From: Octopus vulgaris
Lineage: Eukaryota
DNA: 64,000 nucleotides
Assembly (NCBI GenBank): GCA_951406725.2
Contig: OX597817.1
Location: 123,256,001 to 123,320,000, forward strand
Direction of reading: 5' to 3'
Shown: positions 40,369 through 53,277 of the stretch, one piece after another
Layout of the letters: each line of letters opens with the position of its first letter
How positions within the stretch are numbered: the first letter of the stretch is position 1
Notes under the pieces: generated by a model
What the model was told of the DNA's origin: nothing
The model's database searches: none
The model's input: only the letters and a program-made list of their open reading frames with translations
Made by a program: the position numbers and the translations under genes

Positions 40369-43021
40369 CATATATGTATGCATATGTGTGTGTAGTTAGT
40401 TGCGCGTGCGCATAACTATGTGTGCAGCGCGAATTCAATGCATATTTAGTCTCCTGTTTTGAAATTTTGCTGAGGAAGTTCTTTACAGTAGCTTGCAATT
40501 TAACAGATCTTACTTTTTGCGTTATAATGCTGGGATTTTAAAAAAAGCTGAAAAGTTGTTATTATTACTTTCTAAGCGTAATTGTATTAGTCACAACTAA
40601 ACTGATAATGGAATGGCCTAACAACATCTACCAGTGCACCATTACATACTACTTAATAGATAAATATACGGAGAGCCATATGCAATGTTCGCTGGCAACT
40701 TATCTGCATGAGAACCTATTCAGAAACTTGAGATGAGAATCAGACCGATGAGGTTTTCTTTATTTACAGGTCACAACATAATTGTCCATGTTAGTACAGT
40801 TCTGTATGACAATTTAAGATATGTATCCTAAGGAATATGTTCTCTCTGGTAGATAAAACTTTCAATTCATATATTGCCTTTCAATGCTTTAGCAAAGCAT
40901 GGTGCATTCTTACAGATGCTACAATTCTTGTTTCGAATTTACTTTCTAAAAAAAACTTTGTAAAAATGTTGTCAGTGCTTTTAATTTGGTGACTGAAGGT
41001 GTAAATATGTTGATTTTGTTAGTGGTGCAATAAATTATTTCGTTAGCGTTTCATTTGTAGTCCAATGGTTAATTGATTGTAATTACAGAATAATGTGCAC
41101 AAATACGGAAAGGTTGACTGATGGTACCTTAAATTTATGCATATGGCGTAAGGAATTTGAATGTGATTTTGCTACATTTTTGTGGTATGTGTTGCGATGG
41201 AAAATATTTTTGCTATTCTTTGGTCAATTCAATGGTACATTAAAGAGTAAATCTTCTTTGTGAGTGGCTGTTAGTGATGATGCTTTGTATGCTGTGCTTC
41301 GCATAAGTTCGTTGTTAAATAATTTTGGGCATCATTGAAGATTATTCGTCAGCAGAGAAATTTAAGAATTGTAAAGAAAAGTCTATCACAAAATATTTAA
41401 CAATATTTTGTGAAAATCGTCTCTCAGAATCACAGAACACCAAAGCTCAACAGCCATTTTACAGACTACTCTGCATACATTTTGAACAATAGAACCTGTA
41501 TTTGCACAGTATTTTTGTCATCACTTAATCCCGCGTTTACATATCACGTAGCTACTCATGTTTGAGTAACAGTACATATTACAGCAATATGGTATCAATT
41601 AATTGTATACAATGTATGCAATATTACTTTTTCTTGTTTGTTGCCAGTACATTTAGCCTATATGTATTGTATTGGATTGTTTCACAATATCCCACAGTTA
41701 TATTTTCGAGTCTGATACGACTCTATACAATCTCTATGTAGTACTATCTTCTTTCACTATGACTGCTTTCCTGTTTAGCATAGTTGCTATTACTAATATC
41801 ATCTTCAATAAATTTAATCTCCATAAAAGTACATTAAAATTTCTTCTATAAAATAATATTTTGCGCAAACATTTTTATCTCTAGATGGACATAGTCTTTT
41901 TCTACTTCAAACTTCAAACTTTATAGAACCATTTAATTTTATTTTAGATTTAGAGTTAAATTTATAGATATAATTTTTAAACATAGATTACCCCAACCTT
42001 GAACAGAATTATCTGAGATGCTGCTACTGTGGAAATAATTTCCATTTTTATAGTTGTTGGAAGCCATGACAAATTTGTCTTTTCTCTTCATACCCTGCGG
42101 TCAAACAAAATTTAAACTACAATTCTTATTTCCATTATGTCTCTTTAGCATTATCATTCTCACATTTAATAGTTACATATTAATGTATTTTTTATAGTTA
42201 CATATTAATTTATTTTCTATTTTCCGATTTGAATTTAGATGATTTCTTAATTACTCCTTATAGTACTCACAGCTTTTGCTGCATTTACACACTTATAATT
42301 TAAACTTAAATATAAAGACTATTAGATTTAAATAGCTATAAACCACAAGCGTATATAATTTTCCCCTCTTTGATACTTATTGATACTTGAATTAATCCCT
42401 TCAACATTTCTCTCAAATCTTAGCTTACTTTACTTCGAGAAGTGTTACGATCTAATCGCTGTCCATTTATTAGTTTTGCTTTCCAATTTCGGAATAATTT
42501 CTAAGATATTAAGAAAAAATATTTATACATTTTTCACATGAGTAAAAACAAACATTCATTTAAAAAAAACTCTATTAAGAAAATTAAACACATTATTCCT
42601 TTTTCTCTCAAAGATATCTAGGTGTCGATTTTTCTTTATATCAGTTCTTTTATATATCTCTGGAACACCCATTTAACAATATTTTCTCTTTCTGACTCCA
42701 TAATGTATATATAGAAAATATCCATTATATGTATGTATGTAAGTATGTATGTATCTAACTATTCAAATATTTAAATTACATTGATTCAATATATGAATGT
42801 CTTACATTTGACCATTGACAAAAAGGAAATAGCTCAATATATTCAATATCACCAGGATATTATAGTGTAGAATGAACATTTTCACGTTGCCAAGTTTTTT
42901 AATTAGTCAATGAGTTAAATGTTACTCGTAAAAATTCCAAAAATTCCATTGATTCAAAAGAACTGTTAGATGAAACTCTGAGTAAATGCATAGTTTATTC
43001 ACTGGGAATATTTATATTGTG

Positions 43022-43059
<38 letters not shown>

Positions 43060-43088
43060 GCATATATATACAATTATATATATATGTA

Positions 43089-43130
<42 letters not shown>

Positions 43131-43552
43131 TATATATACACGTATATATATCTATACACATACACACACGCAAAATGGAATTTCATTAATATACTGTTCT
43201 ATACACAATAATACAAATTTGGATATACGTATATGTGTGTGTGTGTGTGTGTGTCTGTGTGTGTGTGTGTGTGCGCGCGTGTATGTGTACGTGTGCGCGT
43301 GTGTGTGCGTGTGTGCGTGTGCGCGCGTGTGTGTATGCAGTAAGAATTGTAGTGTTCGGTGACGTTTGATTTTATTTAGATCTGGGAAAGCTCGAACTAG
43401 CCAGAGATCGAGAAATAGATGTATTTAAAGCCAATCAGCATAGCTTCTTTGCAATGTGCGGCTTTGTGTTGTTTTCATTTTTTATTTCTGGCATGCTAGA
43501 TTGATTTTTGGATAAACTCTCAGAATTTTATATATATATATATATATATATA

Positions 43553-43759
43553 ACGGGAAGCTTTATGAAAATAAACAAAAGACGAAGGCAGGTGGAATAC
43601 AAACAAACAATTGTATTAGTATGGCGCTCAGGAATATAAATAAAACAAGTCTTTTACGTTTCGAGCCTACGCTCTTCTACAGAAAGATACACAGAAAAGA
43701 AACACAGAAAGAAACAAGGAGAGAAAAAAATGCGTGCAGAGGCTAGCGAATCAACATGG

Positions 43760-43761
<2 letters not shown>
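43553..43761 (-). mobile_element. 209-bp non-coding mini-element inserted in (TA)n, carrying an HHR-like motif
   Basis: Unique block sharply bounded by pure (TA)n on both sides; motif at 43649-43688. Confidence 0.75.
43649..43688 (-). ncRNA. Minimal hammerhead motif with variant core (CUGUAGA)
   Basis: TCTTT-CTGTAGA-A-GAGC gtag GCTC-GAAACGT-A-AAAGA. Perfect 5-bp helix I, 4-bp helix II, ACGU palindrome, GUA site. Confidence 0.7.
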
Positions 43762-43822
<61 letters not shown>

Positions 43823-44272
43823 TATTCTTATTTTGTGTTAGAAGCAGTTTTATAATGTAAACATTATGAAAGTTACATACTTAACATATATTTACTGTGA
43901 AACTGTTTCAGGCCTTTAGATGCTGGAGTTGAAATCACAATTTATGATCCTCAGTACAACTTACAACTAACAACTAAACCGCGTGCCTCCAGACTTACTT
44001 ACTTAAACACATATACAAACGCGCGCGCACACATACGCGTTTATATATATTAGTCATATATATATTAGTCATTTTAAATATTTATGTAATTAGATATAGA
44101 CTAATATTGATATTAGATTATGGGTTTCCTACCTTATAAATTAAAATTAATATTTACATTATAGTCGATTTGGATATACTCATATTTGATAATAGAGTTT
44201 ATTATAAGTAAAATTATTATATTATATATATTATTTATATCTTTAAAATATTGATTATATTTTAGATATTTA

Positions 44273-44341
44273 AACCACCTGAAGAATGACTGTAACTCGA
44301 AAATTTTAAGAATTGAACAGCCATGAAACGATCGTAGTGTT
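44273..44341 (+). ncRNA. Type-I hammerhead ribozyme motif
   Basis: CAC-CTGAAGA-ATGACTGT...ACAGCCAT-GAAACGATCGT-A-GTG. Canonical core, 7/8-bp helix II, palindromic ACGATCGT helix III, GUA site. Confidence 0.8.
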
Positions 44342-44478
44342 ATATTAATTATCTTTTTTAATAATTTTGATATATATTTAAATAATATAAATTAATTAAT
44401 CTTATGTATTGGCTTAAGTTTTTCATTGTATGATTTGCCTAATAGTGGTTTTATCTCTAATTTAATATTATATGTATT

Positions 44479-44511
<33 letters not shown>

Positions 44512-44786
44512 TCGTATACATATTTCATAAATTTTCGAGAGAACGTGAAATAATTTTGGTGGTGAATGATGAATCTCGAAGCATACATAATACAATAAGT
44601 AATAGCATGTAAATAGTGGGTTGAAAAATCCTTTTGCATAGGTAAAGCTGAAGCGAGCCTTTCACTTTATCTGTTTAAAAGAGTTATAAACTGCAATGTT
44701 AAAGTTAATATTTAACCGTATAACTACTACCAACAAACAGAAATGACCATGATATTTGTATTATCGTAGTGAAATATACATATACA

Positions 44787-44818
<32 letters not shown>

Positions 44819-44819
<1 letters not shown>

Positions 44820-45117
44820 AAGGAAATGAAGAAAATGCTGACAAAATAATTTAAGTAAGGGAGAGTGTACTTAATTAGGTGAAAGTTCTTTTTACCGGTT
44901 GCGCATTTGTTATGCTTATCAAAAGATATTTTTTAAAGAGAGATAGAGTTCCTTTCTGATAGATGTTTTTCTCTTATCAGAAAGGAACTCTATCTCTCTT
45001 AAAAAAATATCTTTTGATAAGCATAACAAATGCGCAACCGGTAAAAAGAACTTTCACCTAATTAAATACACTCTCCCTTACTTAAATTATTTTGTCAGCA
45101 TTTTCTTCATTTCCTTT
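44819..45117. repeat. Near-perfect palindrome, 143-bp arms with 13-nt spacer
   Basis: 44819-44961 is the reverse complement of 44975-45117 with two mismatches seen. Flanked by TA runs. Confidence 0.95.
45010..45050 (+). ncRNA. Variant hammerhead-like motif (UUGAUAA...GCAA), mirrored at 44886-44926 on the minus strand
   Basis: TT-TTGATAA-GCAT aacaa ATGC-GCAACCGGT-A-AA. U3-A8 covariation, perfect helix II, ACCGGT palindrome, but GCAA replaces GAAA. Confidence 0.55.
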
Positions 45118-45175
45118 TTTTATATATTACAACTCGTGTTCCACATCTCCTTTTTTAAATATATATATATATATA

Positions 45176-45606
45176 CTAGCAGCATAGCCCGGCGTTGCCC
45201 GGGTATGTAAGAGCCCCTAGTAGGCAACAACTAATCCCAATCTAGTTCTTTCCCTCTAGGGAACGAAGGCGCATGTGTAGGTTGCAATGTCTTCTCTTCA
45301 CTCGAATACTTCTGTGTATACGATGTTCCTAGCTGTCTCTCGATTGCAAGTTGCAAAAACTACAACAGAAAATGTGTTGCATATAAAAAGCTTAGATTCT
45401 CGACCCCATGTCGAATTTATCGATTTTTTTCAGAACTGGGGGAATTTTTCCAAATTTTCGCTGCGTTAGTTTTGAATTATAACATTGGGCTATGTGTGTG
45501 TCAAGTTTCATCAGAATCGGTTGAAAGCCGTGGTCAGGGTGAGGGTACAACCTGACAGACACACAGACACACAGACAGACAAACTGCCGTTTATATATAG
45601 AGAAGA
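45176..45606 (-). mobile_element. Non-autonomous Helitron
   Basis: Minus strand starts A|TC...TATATATAAA with a (CTGT/GT)n tract, and ends with the hairpin CCCGGGCAACGCCGGG followed by CTAG|T. No TSD. Confidence 0.85.
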
Positions 45607-45844
45607 TATATAAACAACAGAAGAAGCCAAAATAAAACATCCGGTACTCACAGATAGCAGCGATATGACCTCGGAATAAACTTGAGTAGTGGCTTAACAT
45701 AAGCCGAGTGTTAACCTCATCAGCCGGTTAGTGATTATCAACCTAATTGTGGCACCATGGACATGTTCACAAATTCAGTCATTAACAAACAGCCAGTTTC
45801 TGGCTTTAAGGCTATCGCGAAAGGCTTGGTTAGAGGCTGGGCCT

Positions 45845-45996
45845 TCTGAGTTCTCTTATAGTACTTCGGAAAACTGAAGACCCGCTACAAAAAGTGCGTG
45901 AATCCGAGAGGGGAATGAGTTGAATAAGATCATAATTAACTGATTCGCTTGTATTGTCTTTATCTCAACGCCACCAACTTTTCAGCACCCCCTTGT
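45845..45996 (+). mobile_element. Mariner-like 3' fragment with TIR remnant
   Basis: KLKTRYKKCVNPRGE*VE* resembles the mariner C-terminus (R..KC....G.YVE). Ends AACTTTTCAGCACCCCCTTG. Confidence 0.65.
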
Positions 45997-46319
45997 GTGT
46001 GAGTACACACACACACACATGCATCTGAAGGCAGTATTCTCCAAATCAAAGCTTGACCTCTTGAAGCACAAATATAATGTTAGCACGCCAAGTTAGAACA
46101 GATATGGCCTTTGAGCTCGAAGACCCTCTCAAACAATTTCTCACAAATATTGCAAACGTGTTAAGACACGCTCTGAATCTATTAATCTGTTGGGATCTTC
46201 GTGCATGTCTAAATGTCTCTTTAGACCTCCAGATTTACACACTTTTTCATAAAAGTAACACTAAAGAGCATTTGTTTTGGGGGTTTTTTGTTCAGAGAAT
46301 TTTGGCATTGGGGATTTAA

Positions 46320-46560
46320 TGATGACGTCGGGTGATTATAAATGATATTTTAGAACAGCTTTTGAGAGTCAAATCCTGCCACATATTTTACGCTGATATG
46401 GATTTTGTCCCGAGTTATCGGCAAATTCTCCTTTATGCATATTTCTTTTCAGTTCAGTGCTTAATTCATTTGCTCTCAAATGCTCACACACCTATCCAAA
46501 TATTTTCCCGCCGTAATTTCCTGTCACCTTATTTGTATATCATACTTAAAGTAGGTCAGT
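46320..46560 (-). mobile_element. Degenerate LINE ORF2 C-terminus with C2H2-finger remnant
   Basis: Minus strand reads NPYQRKICGRI*LSKAVLKYHL*S, resembling C..CGR.C.S..GL.SH.R.H. Confidence 0.4.
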
Positions 46561-49145
46561 TGTTAAACGCCTCCTACTCTACTGCATCTCGAGAAAGCAT
46601 CTCTTATACAGGTATAATATTAGAAAACTAAACTATATCAGCAGCATCTCTAGCGACGGTGGAATTTCAAAATTTGTATTTCTGCTTCTTAAGACTTCAT
46701 CTCTGGCAAGTATCTACTGATAACTGCCTGCGAAGACAGTGATTACAAAGCAACCGGTACCCTAATTAGCCGGCAGGCTGAATAAAATTAATTATTTGTG
46801 ACAGAAGCAGGCATTAGTTCACAATAGCAATCGATGCATCATACTTGAAATAGATACATCGTTGAAACCTACTAATTTGAGGTATTCCTCTCAAGAAAGC
46901 GTCTCCTATAGGCGTATATTGTTAAAAAGCACGGAAATATATCGGCAATTGAGGAATATCATTGAACAGCAGTGGTGGCTTTGTTAAATGCGCGCTTTTC
47001 GGCCTTTTTGAGGTTCAACGGTATCATGCGACTACTGGCGGCCGCATGCTACGACGAAATCAGCTGCTACTTATATAGTAATTATGTGTATGTATGTCTG
47101 CATGTATACAGAAAGAGAAGGGAGAGAGAGAAAGGGACGAAGAGAGAGAGTATGTATATACAAATACATACATATATTCATGCATGCATACATAATGCAT
47201 AGATTATACACACAAACACACATATGTGTATATGCATGTATATATGGTTGTATATACGTATGTCTTCTGGGAATTTTTGCGCTTAGCACATCACGCTTAG
47301 TCGCCAACGATTTCATCAGGGACTGGTAATTCTATGGCAAATGAAGGATTCAGGAACAGACATGATAGGTGCTGATTGATAAAAGAAATAATAGTAATAT
47401 TTAAGATGTAGAGCGAATGGAAATTTTGGACTGTTTCCATTTTTATTTGATTGTTGTTTTCTTTTAATGAAAATGGCGATTCTTAATTTCGTGTGTATTT
47501 GTATTCTTGCGCCTGTAGATTAGTTTTGACACCAAAAAGATTTGTTTTTAGAAGAAATGGTTTAGGTATAATTTTAACCAGAATATATCTAAGGATGTAA
47601 ATCTGGCTATTTACATAAATAAGAATGAAGAAACTTTCTATTTTGGGAAATAAAATTTAAGTGTCACTGAGCAAGTTTTTTTTCCGGCTTAAGTATATCT
47701 TGCATGCATGTCAATTAAGGGCATTGAATAAAGTATAGCGGCAAGGCAGATTTTGATATTTCTTAATTTTTTTATGGAGATACGTGAGTATTTTGCGAAA
47801 TGCATCCTAGTAAACAGAATCTTGAGTTACTTTGACACAATGCATGAAGAAAGTATGGGCAACTTATCACAGAGATAAGAATAAAAATATATGTAGTTAA
47901 TATACACCCCGAGTTACAGACATTTAAACCACAGGCAAAATGTGAAATACAAGCACACAGCATACATAAGCTAATGTGTTCATGTATGCATGTCTGTGGA
48001 TATATATATAATTATTCTTTGGATATGTATTTTTTCGTGTACACGCACAAGCATACACACATACGCACGCACACACAGATATACATATCGAGTGAAGGAT
48101 AGTTTGAGCCCCATATCTATCATATGTTAATGGGTCTAAGATATGCAAATTATGTGTAACATTTTAAATCTAAGAATTCCACCACACTACTGAATTCTAG
48201 ATCTGAAATTTTCAGCAAATGCATATATATATGAACACATTTTTGGTGGGCTAAGTGGAGGATCCCATCCTATCTGATTGAGCAGCCTTCTCATTGACTT
48301 TCTTTGAATTATTCTATAACAACTAGCTTACTTATACCTTTACGGTCAAAGGGAACACAGCTATAATTTTCTGTTCTTTTCTTCTGCTTTTATTCACTCT
48401 TTCACTTCATGCTTCTACCATCTTGTTTTCCTCGTGATTTCTCTTGTACCAGCGTCCTGTTTTATAAACTGTATGGACCACTTGCTCACAGCTTGAAGGT
48501 CGTTTGGAGACACAAGGCAAGTTATAAAAATCTGCCTAGACCCAAGTCTCGAATGCAAGTAACCATTAGCAGCTCCCTGTGTACATTAAATTTTACACAT
48601 ACATACATAGAAACGCGCACGCGCACAAGCACACATGCACACCCATACACACACCACATAAATGAGAATGTAGAGAACGGTGCATCCTAGAGAAAAAACG
48701 ATTTCCTTTTCAAATTTTGCGTTCAAAAAAGATTTTGTTTTCTTAGTCAGAAGATATTATTTGCTAGAAGAAAATATTCAATTTGCAAATCGCCTACATT
48801 TAATGTCTTTAGAAGCTGTCTGGCTATATACATCTCTCTGTATCAGTCTATTTAGCTGTCTTTCTCGGTGTTTCCCGCTCTTGCCATTGTAGATTTTCAA
48901 TCTCTATATATTTACCACACACTCTCTCACTCTTGTTTCGGTGTATTTATATCTCTGACGCTGTATATGTATATACTTGTATATATATATATGTGCGTGT
49001 GTAAGGGTATTTCATTTCGGGTGACAGAGGAGAAAAACCCTCATAAAGCATGAGCAATGTGTTCAGAAGACACCCAAATAGAGAAGGATTAGACTTATTG
49101 ATACGCGAACATGCATGGGATGCATCGATTAGGTGATAATCGCTT

Positions 49146-49485
49146 ATGAGTCTCCTTCACATTATGGCCATTGACAGATCGCAAGGACAGACATTTTCGT
49201 TTGCTAGTTTACAACTTGCGAAGCTCTATTTTACATATGGTCAGCTTTACGTTGGCTGTTCAAGAAAAGGATGTGAGAAAACTTCTTACATATTTACATC
49301 ACATGGACAAACAAAAAACGTCGTTTATTGGGAAATAGTAAATGGCCCCAAATAATGTAGAAATTCGTCCTGATGGAGAGGCTTCTTCGTCGAGGAACAC
49401 CTGGGGGTGAAATGGAATAAAAAATTAAAATAAAGGCTTTCTGTTGTAAAAATCGCTTGGCAACGATAGGCTACTGCGGTAGTAT
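49146..49485 (+). mobile_element. Helitron 3' fragment (Pif1-like helicase C-terminus)
   Basis: MAIDRSQGQTF...YFTYGQLYVGCSR...TKNVVYWEIV matches helicase motifs V and VI (MTINKSQGQT, F.HGQLYVA.SR, T.NIVY.E). Decayed hairpin near 49452-49483. Confidence 0.85.
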
Positions 49486-49785
49486 ATATACATACATATA
49501 TATATACATTTAGAAGTAGTAGTAGTAGTAGTAGTAAAATTGCCTTCTATTATATGTGACTATACATTTCATTCTCAGGGAAAGCTGATCCGCAAACTTT
49601 TTCCATCTTCGTTTCATATATAGCACGTTTTTATGTGGTTTGTTAAGACAGGTATATGACATTGATGGACTTACTGTTTTCATAGGAACAAACAATATCG
49701 ACGTAATATGGTAAAAGCGTTTACATATATAAAGGCATTCAGATAAAATATATATGACTGTGATACGACACTGTGTATGAGTGTG

Positions 49786-49823
<38 letters not shown>

Positions 49824-49826
<3 letters not shown>

Positions 49827-50675
49827 GCGTTGGACAAAATAAGGGAAACGCCTTAAAATTTTAAACAAATTTAATTTAATATGGGGTAGGACCAGCATTG
49901 GCAGTAATTACACCTTGAATTCTACGAGGTATAGACTCCTACAAAGTTTGAATTCTTTCCAAAGGAATTTTTGTCCTTTCTTCAGCTAAAACAGTCTCCA
50001 GTTATTGTAGTGATGATGGTAGAGGACATCAACTCCTTACCTGTTTCCTTAAAATGCCCCATAAACGTTCAATAATCTGGGGACTGTGGTGGCCAGCTAA
50101 GATGTTCAACGTCACTAGAATGTTCCTTGTGCCATTCAGTAACAACTTTAGTTGTGTGAATTGCTGCATTATCATCCCGAAAGGTTGCCTTTTCGCCTGG
50201 AAACAGTCCGCTACCATAGGATGAATTTGATCAGACAAAATATTTAAATGGTCTTGAATATTTATTCTGCCGTGAAGGGAAACCATTTGGCCGGCGGATT
50301 TCCAAGATATAGCCCCCGCCCATATCCTCATAGTTCCTCCTCCATATTTAACTGTTGGAAGAAAGTAGTCTGGATCAAATGCTTCGTTTGGCTGTCTCCA
50401 CACGCATACTCGGCCGGTGGTCGGAAATAAGGTAAAGGATGACTCGTCCGAGAAAATAACATTCTTCTACTGTTCTAGGGACCAATTCTGTAGGTTTTAA
50501 CTCCTCTAAACGTTTTGCACCGTTTGTTTTTGAATGTAGTGGTTTTCTGACTTACAAAAGTATGATAATAAATAAAAGTAAAACATAACAATAAAAAAGC
50601 TTTGGCGGTTTTATAAATATTTCAAAAATATGATACTATGATGCAAGGTGTTTCCATTATTTTGTCCAACCCATG
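49824..50675 (-). mobile_element. Internally deleted Tc1-like DNA transposon
   Basis: ~31-bp imperfect TIRs (CAGGCGTTGGACAAAATAAGGGAAACGCCTT / CATGGGTTGGACAAAATAATGGAAACACCTT) with TA flanks. Transposase remnant FSDES...WRQPNEAFDPDYFLPTVKYGGGTMRIW...IIERLW. Confidence 0.92.
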
Positions 50676-50793
<118 letters not shown>

Positions 50794-50901
50794 GAGGAAG
50801 TGAGAGGGAGGGAAGGAGGGAGACGGACCGTTTGACAGATAATAGAAAGATAGATATATAGCAGACAGACAGTGAGATATATGTGTGTATGCTTGTATGA
50901 A

Positions 50902-50942
<41 letters not shown>

Positions 50943-51664
50943 GTGTATATACACAATTATGTATACGTATATATACGAATAAATAGAGAAAAGACGAAAG
51001 GCTTTTCAGTTTGGAAAATATAAAAAAAGAAGTGTTCACATATTTTGAGGATGTGTCTAATACGTGACGAAAGTGAGAAATAGTATATTAAGATACTTAT
51101 TGTTTTAAACAAATTATTATATTAAGTTGATAAGATGTTGTCTAATGAAGTACCAATTATTTTAAATGTTTTATTTATATGAAAACAAATAGTTGGAAAA
51201 ATGTCATGGTTGGTAAAGGACACCAAGGAATACATTTCTCGTCGATAATAAATAAAATATGTCTATAAAATGTCAAATTAATTCAGAAATAGTTTTGTAG
51301 TATTGGACGTATATGTTTGATTCAACCTGGTAGGATGTAGGCAATGTATAATCCTATGTGTGACAGAATTGAAGTTGCTAGTATAATATTAAAGTTAGTA
51401 TACACGTTTTAGTACAATGATCAAACAAAGTATGAGTCTTGATATGTGTTTAACGATGTGATAATGTGGTTGTATAACATAAATTCTACTAAACACACTT
51501 TAGTATAAATAGCTGTGTTTGCTGGAATAAATATTGTTAGAGTAATGTGTGCTAAACTTAACTTTACAGATGCAAGTGAACGATAATTAATAAAATAATC
51601 ATTCGAATGAGGAATGAAGCAAGAGGAATGACTGCGCAAAAGAGTGTTGCCTTATCTTTAATCC

Positions 51665-51898
51665 TCTGCTCGTTTCAGTCGTTAGACTGCGACCATGCTG
51701 GGGCACCGAATTGAAGAATATTTTGATGAATGAATGGACATCAGTACTTGTTATTTCATTCATTTTTAAAGTTTGTTACTTATTTTATCGGTATCTTTTG
51801 CCAAAGCGCTAGAATACCAGCTGTGAAGCAGTGGGTGGGGGACAAACACAGATACAAAGTCATGCACACATAGACGCACATAGATATGCATAATACTT

Positions 51899-51963
<65 letters not shown>

Positions 51964-52110
51964 CCGGGTTTCTTTCGGTTTCCGTCAATCAAATCCACTC
52001 ACAACGCTTCGTCCGAGGATTTAGTTAAGGACAACTGCTCAAGATGTCACGCAGTGGAGACTGAACGTGGAACCATGCTGTTGGGAGACAAGCGTGAATA
52101 GCACAGCCGT
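51665..52110 (-). mobile_element. SINE family B, diverged
   Basis: TTTCAGTCGTTAGACTGCGACCATGCTGGGGCACC...CAAATCCACTCACAA...GGAACCATG. Confidence 0.75.
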
Positions 52111-52384
52111 AGAAGACCGAAATATATTAATTTGTTGGTGGCTGCGTTTTTATATTTTTCTGACGCTGCTGTCAACATAAATATATCTCCACACATTACA
52201 TCTATCATATCATGTTTATAAATTTGTAATTCTATCAAATTTCACTTTTCAGCACGACGGGTTAGTCGAGAGACGATACTATGAGTCTATGCTAAATATT
52301 TTCATTAATGTATATGTGTGTGCGTATTTGTATGTGTGTATTTGAGAGAGAGAGAGAGAGAGAGAGAGCGTGTAATATATATAA

Positions 52385-52444
<60 letters not shown>

Positions 52445-52742
52445 CCGATCACGTATTTCGTTTCTATGGATTGGTTTCCCTCATACTACAAGCGATAAGA
52501 ATACATGCTTATAAATATGAATTTTTACTTAGAAGAGTCGAAAATGAAAAGAGAAAATATAAAAAGGTATTATAATTAAACTAATGAAGATTGACAGCAA
52601 AAGGGGGGGGGGGGAAGGAGAATATTAAGCCGGCAAGTGAAAGTGAAGGTGAAGAAAAGGTGAAAGATTGTTTGAAGAAATGGAGCTCGATTAGAATACA
52701 AGTGTAAAAAAGAAAAGTATTGGTTTACCATATGGAGAATTT

Positions 52743-53277
52743 CCAGGCGAGATGGTGTTTCTTTGCTAATGTGCTCTTTGGATAGTTGTAATGACATGCA
52801 TAAGATCTTGTCATCAAATCTAAGTAGAGACTTCAAACTTGAAATTTTCAAAGCCACAGTCGAACCAATTCTACTATATGGCTCAGAAACGTGGACGTTA
52901 TCAAAGAAGCTTGAGAGGCGGTTGGATGGAACCTACACTCGCCTCCTTATGAGAGCTCAAAATCTCTCGTGGAAGCGCCATCCAACCAAAATGCAAATAT
53001 TTGGGAAACTACCACCTGTGTCATCTCTTGTGAAAGGTAAGCGAGTCCAGTTTGCTGGACATTGTTGTAGAGCTGAAAAAGAGGTAATTTCTACTCTTCT
53101 CCTCTGGAAGTCATCTACCCGCAATACCAGAGGGCGCACACTCTCCTACCCTGATGTAATCACCAGGGATACAGGCATCCAGCAACAGGACCTCCGTAAT
53201 GCCATGATGGACCGTGAAGTCTGGCGTAGCATGGTAAATTCCATTGTTTCGACCACGGTCGTACAATGATGATGATG
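52743..53277 (+). mobile_element. 5'-truncated RTE-clade LINE with (GAT)n tail and 11-bp TSD
   Basis: ORF 52763-53269: KLEIFKATVEPILLYGSETWTL...LDGTYTRLLMRAQNLSW...AGHC.R...AMMDREVWR. TSD ATGGAGAATTT at 52732-52742 and 53278-53288. Confidence 0.9.

Noticed and set aside
40450-41400. Coding-like stretch, possibly an old transposon
   Set aside because: I could not recover any diagnostic motif.
47270-47326. CTGATGA on the minus strand
   Set aside because: No GAAA box or helix II in register.
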